Below are positions 40,044-48,001 of a stretch of 64,000 nt of DNA, in pieces. Each line of letters starts with the position of its first letter. Position 1 is the first letter of the stretch. The stretch is from Arcobacteraceae bacterium (GTDB lineage Bacteria > Campylobacterota > Campylobacteria > Campylobacterales > Arcobacteraceae): positions 224,001-288,000 of the forward strand of contig CBDCZH010000010.1 of NCBI GenBank assembly GCA_965224485.1, given 5' to 3'. The notes below the pieces were generated by a model. It had not been told where the DNA came from. It saw only the letters and a program-made list of their open reading frames with translations, and ran no database searches. Position numbers and translations under genes: made by a program.

Positions 40044-40609
40044 TATTAAAAAGTATATTATCTCCAAATATCAAATTAGTTAGTTTTGATGAAGAATTTG
40101 GCAATATTTTTTTACAAAAAAAATATTTGAAATGGTTAAATGATAGTGAAATAGTTAGATCAATTGGCTCACCGGAACTTTTAAAACATAAAAATATTTC
40201 ATTCATACATGAATCATTTAAAAGATTTACAAGAAAACATTCAATGGGCTTTTTTATACAATATAATGGGAATAAAGAGTTTATAGGCACATGTAAACTT
40301 GATCAAATTGATATGGTCAATAAATTTGCATGGGATGGAATTATGATAGGAGAAAAAAGTTATCATGGAAAAAAAATATCCCTAGAAGTTTATAAAATTT
40401 TACTAGAATATGCTTTTAATAATTTGAAATTAGAAGTTATTTATGGAGGATGTAGTAGTTTTAATATACCTATGACCAAAACATTTAAAAAAATAGGTTA
40501 TGAACATACCAAAACAGAAAAGGAAGTTGATTATATTAATGAGAAATTTTATGACCACTATTACTTTAAAATTACAAAAGAACAATTTTTAAAATTTTAT
40601 AAAAAATAA
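40040..40609 (+). CDS. GNAT family N-acyltransferase
   Basis: 'WLND', 'FIGTCKL', 'GIMIGEKSYHGKK', 'YAFNNLKL'; ATGA overlap with upstream stop. Confidence 0.8.
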   Translation: MILKSILSPNIKLVSFDEEFGNIFLQKKYLKWLNDSEIVRSIGSPELLKHKNISFIHESFKRFTRKHSMGFFIQYNGNKEFIGTCKLDQIDMVNKFAWDGIMIGEKSYHGKKISLEVYKILLEYAFNNLKLEVIYGGCSSFNIPMTKTFKKIGYEHTKTEKEVDYINEKFYDHYYFKITKEQFLKFYKK

Positions 40610-40792
40610 TTTTTATATTTATTATCTAATATATTAGTAATAGTGATATTAAAATATCTCTTCTCTCTTATCTTTACAAATATAGCTTACAATACATATC
40701 CTGACTATATTTTTATTACAAGTGTAGCGATTTTACTTGAAATTATTACTAACATGAGTTCTAGAATCACTATTTATTAATTGAATTTTCGG

Positions 40793-40798
40793 TATACT
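40793..40798 (+). promoter_or_regulatory. putative internal -10 box (TATACT) before rfbA
   Basis: TATACT followed by AAGGAG RBS and TTG start. Confidence 0.45.
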
Positions 40799-40824
40799 AT
40801 TAACTAACAAAAAAGGAGTTTAAT

Positions 40825-41697
40825 TTGATAAAAGGGATCATTCTCGCAGGTGGAAGTGGAACACGACTATATCCTATAACCAAAAGTATAAGTAAGCAAT
40901 TACTTCCTATATATGACAAACCTATGATATATTATCCACTATCAGTTCTTATGCTTGCAAACATACAAGAGATACTCATTATATCAACTCCACGAGATTT
41001 ACCAAAATTTCAAGAGCTTTTAGGTGATGGAAGTGACTGGGGTATAAATTTACAGTATAAAGTCCAACCAAGCCCAGATGGCTTAGCACAAGCATTTATT
41101 TTAGGCGAAGAGTTTATAGGTGAGGATAGTGTTTGTTTAATTTTAGGTGATAATATTTTTTATGGAAGTGGTTTAAGTACTATGGTACGAGAAGCTGCAT
41201 CTTTAACAGATGGTGCTATTATTTTTGGTTATCAAGTAAAAGATCCCGAGAGGTTTGGAGTAGTAGAATTTGATGAAAATAAAAACGCTATAAGTATAGA
41301 AGAAAAGCCACTAAAACCAAAATCAAATTTTGCTGTTACTGGACTTTATTTTTATGATAATAATGTGGTGTCAATTGCGAAGGATGTTATTCCTTCTCAT
41401 CGTGGGGAACTTGAGATTACTTCTATAAATGAAGAATATTTAAAAAGAAATAAACTAAACGTAGAAGTTTTAGGACGAGGGTTTGCTTGGCTTGATACAG
41501 GAACTCATGACAGCTTAATTGAAGCAGGACAATTTGTACAGATAATAGAATATAGACAAGGGTATAAAATAGCGTGTTTGGAAGAGATTGGATATAACAA
41601 TGGATGGATTGATAATAGACAAGTTTTAAAGATAGCAAAACCATTACGTAAAAATGGATATGGTCAGTATTTAATTGATTTGATAAAAGAGAAATAA
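40825..41697 (+). CDS. rfbA: glucose-1-phosphate thymidylyltransferase (RmlA)
   Basis: [43 protein letters not shown]. Confidence 0.96.
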   Translation: MIKGIILAGGSGTRLYPITKSISKQLLPIYDKPMIYYPLSVLMLANIQEILIISTPRDLPKFQELLGDGSDWGINLQYKVQPSPDGLAQAFILGEEFIGEDSVCLILGDNIFYGSGLSTMVREAASLTDGAIIFGYQVKDPERFGVVEFDENKNAISIEEKPLKPKSNFAVTGLYFYDNNVVSIAKDVIPSHRGELEITSINEEYLKRNKLNVEVLGRGFAWLDTGTHDSLIEAGQFVQIIEYRQGYKIACLEEIGYNNGWIDNRQVLKIAKPLRKNGYGQYLIDLIKEK

Positions 41698-42773
41698 TGC
41701 AAAATAAAAATATACTATTAACTGGATGTGCAGGATTTATAGGTTCAAATTTTGTACCATATTTTTTAGAAAAATACTCAAATTATAATATAGTAAATTT
41801 GGATTTATTAACATATGCAGGTAATTTAGATAACCTAAAAGAGTGTGAAAATAACCCTAGATATAAGTTTATAAAAGGTGATATTTGTAACCGTAATTTA
41901 GTAGAATTTATATTTTTAGAATATGATATTACTGGTGTTATTCATTTTGCAGCAGAGAGCCATGTAGATAATAGTATAAAAAATCCAAGTGTATTTGTGG
42001 AAACAAATGTAAATGGTACATTTACGCTAATAGATGTAGCATATAAATACTGGATGAAAAATTCATTTGAATATAAAACAGCATACGAAGCTTGTAGGTT
42101 CCATCATATTTCAACTGATGAAGTATATGGAACACTCTGCGATGATCCAAAAGATTTATTTACAGAATCTACTCCCTACGCTCCTAATTCACCATATAGC
42201 GCTACAAAAGCAAGTAGTGATATGATAGTAAGAAGTTACCAAGAAACATATGGGCTTAATACCGTTATAACAAACTGTTCAAATAACTATGGTCCAAAAC
42301 AGCATGATGAGAAGTTCATACCAACTATTATAAAAAATGCCCTAAACGGAAATCCAATTCCGATATATGGAGATGGAAAAAATATAAGAGATTGGCTTTA
42401 TGTACTAGACCATTGTAAAGGAATAGATTTAGTTTACCATACAGGTAAAGAAGGAAATGTTTATAATATTGGCGGTAGAAATGAAAGAACAAATCTACAG
42501 ATAGTTGATGTTATTTGTACAATTCTTGATAAAAAAGTTCCTAGAAAAGAATATCTGCCACTAAATGGCGATAACTCCGTGCCTAAAGGCAAAGTGAGTT
42601 ATAAAAATTTAATAACCTTTGTAGATGATAGATCAGGACACGATAGGCGTTATGCAATAGATGCTAGCAAAATAGAAAGAGAGTTAGGCTGGAAAGCAGA
42701 CAATGATTTTGACACTGGAATAATGGAAACTATTGACTGGTATTTGAAATGGAGATTTTATGAAAAAAATTGA
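41697..42773 (+). CDS. rfbB: dTDP-glucose 4,6-dehydratase (RmlB)
   Basis: GCAGFIG, FAAESHVD, ISTDEVYG, PYSATKA, NCSNNYGP, GHDRRYAID. Confidence 0.96.
   Translation: MQNKNILLTGCAGFIGSNFVPYFLEKYSNYNIVNLDLLTYAGNLDNLKECENNPRYKFIKGDICNRNLVEFIFLEYDITGVIHFAAESHVDNSIKNPSVFVETNVNGTFTLIDVAYKYWMKNSFEYKTAYEACRFHHISTDEVYGTLCDDPKDLFTESTPYAPNSPYSATKASSDMIVRSYQETYGLNTVITNCSNNYGPKQHDEKFIPTIIKNALNGNPIPIYGDGKNIRDWLYVLDHCKGIDLVYHTGKEGNVYNIGGRNERTNLQIVDVICTILDKKVPRKEYLPLNGDNSVPKGKVSYKNLITFVDDRSGHDRRYAIDASKIERELGWKADNDFDTGIMETIDWYLKWRFYEKN
42557..42591. repeat. two TAAA-loop hairpins in-frame inside rfbB (LPLNGDNSVPKG)
   Basis: GCCA-CTAAA-TGGC and TGCC-TAAA-GGCA; GC-rich patch. Confidence 0.6.
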
Positions 42774-43311
42774 AACTAACATTGAGGGGCTGTATGTACT
42801 AGAACCTGAAGTACATAAAGATCATAGAGGGTTTTTTTTAGAGTCTTACTCTAAGTCAGATTACGAAAAACTTGGACTTGTATCTGAATATGTACAAAGT
42901 AATCATTCCTTCTCTAAACTCAAAAATACTTTTAGAGGTCTTCACTATCAGCTAAATCCATACTCTCAAACAACAATTGTAAAAGTAGTATCAGGAAGTA
43001 TTTTGGATTTTGCTGTAGATATTAGGAAAGAATCCCCTACATATGGTAATTATTATTGTACCGAATTATCGGAACAAAATTGTTCTCAAATGTATATACC
43101 AAAAGGTTTTGCACATGGGTTTTTAACACTTTCTGATAATGTACACATTATATATACTATGGATGATTATTATAATCCAGAGCTTGATAGAATCATAAAC
43201 TATCGTGATAAATTTATTAATATTGAGGAGCTTAACGATATAGATAATATTAATATAGCCAATAAAGATTTAAGTGCTCCCATGCTAAAATACGCGAATA
43301 ATAATTTTTAG
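42760..43311 (+). CDS. rfbC: dTDP-4-dehydrorhamnose 3,5-epimerase (RmlC)
   Basis: DHRGFFLE, FRGLHYQ, AVDIR..SPTYG, IPKGFAHGF. Confidence 0.92.
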   Translation: MKKIETNIEGLYVLEPEVHKDHRGFFLESYSKSDYEKLGLVSEYVQSNHSFSKLKNTFRGLHYQLNPYSQTTIVKVVSGSILDFAVDIRKESPTYGNYYCTELSEQNCSQMYIPKGFAHGFLTLSDNVHIIYTMDDYYNPELDRIINYRDKFINIEELNDIDNINIANKDLSAPMLKYANNNF

Positions 43312-43322
43312 AGTGAGGTATT

Positions 43323-44549
43323 ATGTTGAATAAATGTTTAATATGTGAAGAGGATTTAATTAAATTTATAGATTTTGGTAAACAGCCAATAGCAAATGGC
43401 TTCTTAACTGCAGAACAGTTTAAAAATGAATATTATTTTCATATGGAAATGGCCTTTTGTCCAAAATGTAAAATGGTTCAATTAGTTGATCAGCCTGATA
43501 GATCACAAATGTTTCATGAGAATTATGCTTTTTTTTCATCAACTTCAAATTACATGAAACAACATTTTAAACAATTTGCTTCTTCAGTTATAAAGCTTCA
43601 GTCTTTAAAAAAAGATTCATTTGTTGTTGAAATTGGTTGTAATGATGGAATTATGATACAAAACTTTTTGGAGCAAGGTATTGGACATTTAGGTGTTGAA
43701 CCATCAAAAAATGTTGCAAAAGTTGCAAAATCAAAAGGTATAAATGTTACAACAGAATTTTTTGATGCAGCATTAGCAGAAAATACTATTCAAGAATATG
43801 GGAAAGCAGATGCGATAATAAGTGCAAATGTAATGTGTCATATTCCTTATGTGCACTCTATTTTTGAAGGAATTGAAAAACTATTAAAAGATGATGGTAT
43901 TTTTGTGTTTGAAGATCCTTATGCTGGAGATATTATTCAAAAAGCTTCTTTTGACCAAATTTATGACGAGCATACTTTCTTATTTTCTGTACTATCTGTT
44001 AGTTACTTAGCTAATATGCATAATCTTGAAGTAATTAATGTAGAGTATCAGATTACTCACGGTGGCTCTATGCGATATACATTGGCTCATAAAGGTAAAA
44101 AAGAAGTTTCTATAAATGTTGAAAACCAACTTCAAAAAGAAAAAGATTTAGGATTAGATTCATTATCAGCTTATGAAAAATTTACAAAAAAAGTACTTAT
44201 AGTTAAAGCTGACTTAATGAATCTATTAAATCAGTTGAAAGATGAAGGTAAAAAAGTAGTATCTTATGGTGCAACATCTAAAAGTACTACCGTTACTAAC
44301 TTTTTTGGAATAACACCTGAACATATAGGCTTTATCTGTGACACAACACCTACAAAACATAATAAGTTTTCACCAGGAGCACATATACCTGTAATACCTT
44401 ATGAAGAATTTAGAGATAGTAAGCCTGATTATGTACTTTTATTTGCATGGAATCATGCAACAGAGATTATGGAAAAAGAAAAAGAGTATATGGAAGATAA
44501 TGGTATTAAATGGATTATATATGTACCTGCTGTAAAGGTGATTTCTTAA
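43323..44549 (+). CDS. NDP-sugar C-methyltransferase (TcaB9/EvaC-like, Zn-binding)
   Basis: CxxC...CxxC, VEIGCNDG, ANVMCHIPY, FDQIYDEH, HGGSMR, YGATSKS, FAWNH. Confidence 0.88.
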   Translation: MLNKCLICEEDLIKFIDFGKQPIANGFLTAEQFKNEYYFHMEMAFCPKCKMVQLVDQPDRSQMFHENYAFFSSTSNYMKQHFKQFASSVIKLQSLKKDSFVVEIGCNDGIMIQNFLEQGIGHLGVEPSKNVAKVAKSKGINVTTEFFDAALAENTIQEYGKADAIISANVMCHIPYVHSIFEGIEKLLKDDGIFVFEDPYAGDIIQKASFDQIYDEHTFLFSVLSVSYLANMHNLEVINVEYQITHGGSMRYTLAHKGKKEVSINVENQLQKEKDLGLDSLSAYEKFTKKVLIVKADLMNLLNQLKDEGKKVVSYGATSKSTTVTNFFGITPEHIGFICDTTPTKHNKFSPGAHIPVIPYEEFRDSKPDYVLLFAWNHATEIMEKEKEYMEDNGIKWIIYVPAVKVIS

Positions 44550-45642
44550 TGATACTTTGTGCTAATCCAAAAGAACAATATCTAGCACACAAAGATGAAA
44601 TAAAAAAAGCTATAGATAAGGTGCTTGATAGTGGTTGGTATATTTTAGGACAAGAAGTAAAAGAATTTGAAAATGAATTTTCTAATTTTGTGGGAACTAA
44701 ATATTCTATAGGAGTTGCTAGTGGTACAGATGCTATATTTTTGTCTTTAAAAGCATTGGATATTGGTATTGGAGATGAAGTGATTACCGTATCTCATACA
44801 GCAACAGCTACCGTTTCAGCTATAGAATCAACCGGTGCAAAAGCTGTATTTGTAGATATAGAAGAAGATTATTTCACTATAGATATCAGTAAAATTGAAG
44901 AGCTAATAACTTCTAAAACAAAAGCCATAATAGCAGTACATATATATGGACAACCATGCGATATGGATGAATTGCTAAAAATATCAAAAAAAATAATTTG
45001 TATCTTGTAGAGGATTGTGCTCAAGCAAATGGTGCAAAGTATAAGAATAAGGATGTTGGTAGTATTGGAGATTTAGGTTGTTTTAGTTTTTTTCCTACAA
45101 AAAACCTAGGTGCTATAGGAGATGGTGGTGCTATAAGTACTAATTCAAAAGATCTTTATGATAAGTTATTAATGTTACGACAATATGGATGGGATAAGAA
45201 TCGTGATAGCGAGTTTAATGGTTATAATTCAAGATTAGATGAGTTACAAGCCGCAATACTTAGAGTAAAATTAAAATATTTAAAAGAAAATACCCAGAAA
45301 CGCAATGAAATCGCAAAATTATATTCTGATGCTTTAAAAAATAGTTCTCTTATTTTACCAAAAGTTAGAGAAAACTCTCTTCATGCTTTTCATCTTTTTG
45401 TTGTTCGTTCGTCAAAACGTGATAAATTAAAAGCATATTTAAAATCTAAAAATATATTAGCAATGATCCATTATGAAAAACCTATTCATTTACAGGAAGC
45501 TTTTGCAATTGATTATGATTTAAATCATACTGTAAATATTGCTGATGAAATATTGTCTTTGCCAATGTATCCAGAACTTAAAGAAGAAGAAATTTATTTT
45601 ATAGTTGAGAAAATTAATGAATTTGGAGAATTAAATGCCTAA
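44549..45642 (+). CDS. DegT/DnrJ/EryC1/StrS sugar aminotransferase (FdtB-like); apparent frameshift in A8 run 44986-44993
   Basis: SGWYILG, SGTDA, VHIYGQ | EDCAQA, SFFPTKNLGAIGDGG, NSRLDELQAA. Confidence 0.88.
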
Positions 45643-45731
45643 TTATTTTTGGGCTTTGGTATGTAATTATAAGATTTTCGAAAAACCACTTCAAATTAAT
45701 CAAAGTGAGAATTTAGCATTTGGAAAAATTA

Positions 45732-46712
45732 ATGAATTATTTTAAAAATAAAAATATTATTATTGTAGGGGCGAGTGGATATATTGGTTCAAGTTTAGTT
45801 AATTCATTAAAAGATTTCGAATGTAAGATTATTCGTATAAGTAGAAACCCTAAAAAATTGTCTTTTTTAAAAGAAATTAGTGCTGAAATTATTGATTTGG
45901 ATTTGGATTTTAAAAGTGGACAATTCCTCTCAGAGATTAAAAAAGTAGATATAATTTTTTATTTATCATCTCAAACAAGTACTTATGTTGCAGAAAAAAA
46001 TATTATAAAAGATTATGAACAATCTGTTGTTCCAATACTAGAGTTATTGGCTGTTTGTGATAAATTAACTTCGACTCCAACTTTTATTTTTTCCAGTGCT
46101 GTTACGGTTTGTGGTTTGGTAGATAAGTTACCAGTTGATGAGACAACAGAAACTAATCCTATTACTGTATATGATATACATAAGTTATTAATTGAAAAAT
46201 ATATTAAATTTTATACTCAAAAAGGAATAATTAAAAGTTGCATTTTAAGATTATCAAATGTCTATGGACCAGGTGTAAAAAGTAGTAGTTCAGATAGAGG
46301 TATTTTGAATTTAATGATTAAAAAAGCCTTAGAGGGTGAAAATTTAACATTGTATGGTGATGGATGTTTTATAAGAGATTACATATATATTGATGATGTA
46401 ATTGATGCATTTTTACGAGCTTGCCGGTATATTGTTAATACTAATAATAAACATTATATTATTGGCAGTGGTTTAGAAAATGACATTAAAAAAGCTTTTA
46501 AACTTATTGTCAAAAAGAATAGTACAATTACTGGTAAAGATATTAAAATTAATTCAATTCCAATGCCATCTAATATGTCAAAGATAGAAAGCAGAAATTT
46601 TTTAGCTAATAATACACTTTTTTGTAATGATACAAATTGGATGGTTCAAACAACGTTAGACTGTGGAATTGAAAAAACAATGAAAAATTTTAAACTAGAT
46701 AAAGAAGGATAG
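45732..46712 (+). CDS. NAD-dependent epimerase/reductase (extended SDR)
   Basis: GASGYIG, YDIHK, RLSNVYGPG, RDYIYIDDV; TTG 45720 is an alternative start. Confidence 0.85.
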   Translation: MNYFKNKNIIIVGASGYIGSSLVNSLKDFECKIIRISRNPKKLSFLKEISAEIIDLDLDFKSGQFLSEIKKVDIIFYLSSQTSTYVAEKNIIKDYEQSVVPILELLAVCDKLTSTPTFIFSSAVTVCGLVDKLPVDETTETNPITVYDIHKLLIEKYIKFYTQKGIIKSCILRLSNVYGPGVKSSSSDRGILNLMIKKALEGENLTLYGDGCFIRDYIYIDDVIDAFLRACRYIVNTNNKHYIIGSGLENDIKKAFKLIVKKNSTITGKDIKINSIPMPSNMSKIESRNFLANNTLFCNDTNWMVQTTLDCGIEKTMKNFKLDKEG

Positions 46713-46717
46713 ATTTA

Positions 46718-47623
46718 ATGGAAAAATATAATAGTAACAAATTTTGGGAAAATATCAATAAGGATATTGTTAATGAAAATAAGTTAGAAAATCTTCTTGA
46801 AAACTTTAGAAGTAGTTCAGTAAATTATAAGATCTCAATATTTAATCCAGAAACAAATGGTGTTAGATATTTAAAAACATTAATGTATAACCTTGCCTCA
46901 GCTTTGACAAATGATGAATTTGAAAAAATTAAAAGAATTAAAAATAGAAACTTTGGTCAACCTTTTAGTATTCAATACAATGGTGAAGAAATTGACCTTG
47001 ATTATATTCAATCTGTAGATGAAATATCTTTTATAGAAAAAAGTATTGACTTAAATAAAAAAAACATTCTTGAAATTGGTGCGGGATATGGAAGAACGGT
47101 ACATACTATCCTAAGTAATTATAGTGTGAGTAGTTATACTATTATTGACTTGCCAGATACTATGACAATTTCAAAAAAATATTTAAGAAAAGTACTTTCA
47201 AAAGAAAACTTTGGAAAAATTATTTTTATACCTGTTAATGAACTATCAAATAGGATACTTGATAAATATGACTTAGCTATAAATATCGATTCATTTGCAG
47301 AAATGGATGAAGAAGTTGTTTTTAACTACTTAGCTTTAATTAATCAAAAAGTAGATAACTTTTATACTAAAAATCCTGTAGGAAAATATTTAGATAAAAC
47401 ACTAGATAATCATACCCAAGGAAGTGAGATTGTTGAACAAGCACTAGAAAATGGTATTCTTAAAACAATTTTAAATATTGATTCAAATATTGACGTAGAA
47501 AATAATGTTCCAAATTTTATTGATGCTTATTCTCCAACAAAAGAATGGAAAACAATTTCAGATTCTTGGGCAAAACCATTTAGTCATTATTGGCAAGTTT
47601 TGTACTCAAAAAATAAATTATAA
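46718..47623 (+). CDS. putative sugar O-methyltransferase (class I SAM)
   Basis: ILEIGAGYGR, IIDLP, INIDSFAEM. Confidence 0.72.
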   Translation: MEKYNSNKFWENINKDIVNENKLENLLENFRSSSVNYKISIFNPETNGVRYLKTLMYNLASALTNDEFEKIKRIKNRNFGQPFSIQYNGEEIDLDYIQSVDEISFIEKSIDLNKKNILEIGAGYGRTVHTILSNYSVSSYTIIDLPDTMTISKKYLRKVLSKENFGKIIFIPVNELSNRILDKYDLAINIDSFAEMDEEVVFNYLALINQKVDNFYTKNPVGKYLDKTLDNHTQGSEIVEQALENGILKTILNIDSNIDVENNVPNFIDAYSPTKEWKTISDSWAKPFSHYWQVLYSKNKL

Positions 47624-47640
47624 TATATTGGGAAATTACT

Positions 47641-48000
47641 ATGGCATATATAATTGAATTACCTTCTTTTTGTGATGAAAGAGGAAGATTAACTGTTCTT
47701 GAAAAAGTTTTACCATATGACATTAAGAGAGTCTATTATATGTACAATGTCACTTCAAAAAGAGGTGGACATAAACATAAAAAAACTATTCAAGCATTAA
47801 TTGCCTTAAGCGGGTCGTGTGAAGTATTTGTAGAAAATGTAAATAAAAAAGAAACTTTTGTTCTTGATAGTAATACTAAGTGTCTACTTGTTAATCCCGA
47901 AGACTGGCACACAATGGATAGTTTTTCTAAAGGAACAATTTTACTAGTACTTGCATCTGAATATTATGATGCAGAAGATTATATAGAGGAACGGAGTTGA
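47641..48000 (+). CDS. FdtA/QdtA family cupin sugar 3,4-ketoisomerase
   Basis: DERGRL, KRVYY, RGGHKH, WHTM, LVLASEYYD. Confidence 0.88.
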   Translation: MAYIIELPSFCDERGRLTVLEKVLPYDIKRVYYMYNVTSKRGGHKHKKTIQALIALSGSCEVFVENVNKKETFVLDSNTKCLLVNPEDWHTMDSFSKGTILLVLASEYYDAEDYIEERS

Positions 48001-48001
48001 T

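Noticed and set aside
45732..46712. Calling this SDR rmlD
   Set aside because: Lacks RmlD signatures (GxxGQLG, AAYTxVD, STDYVFDG).
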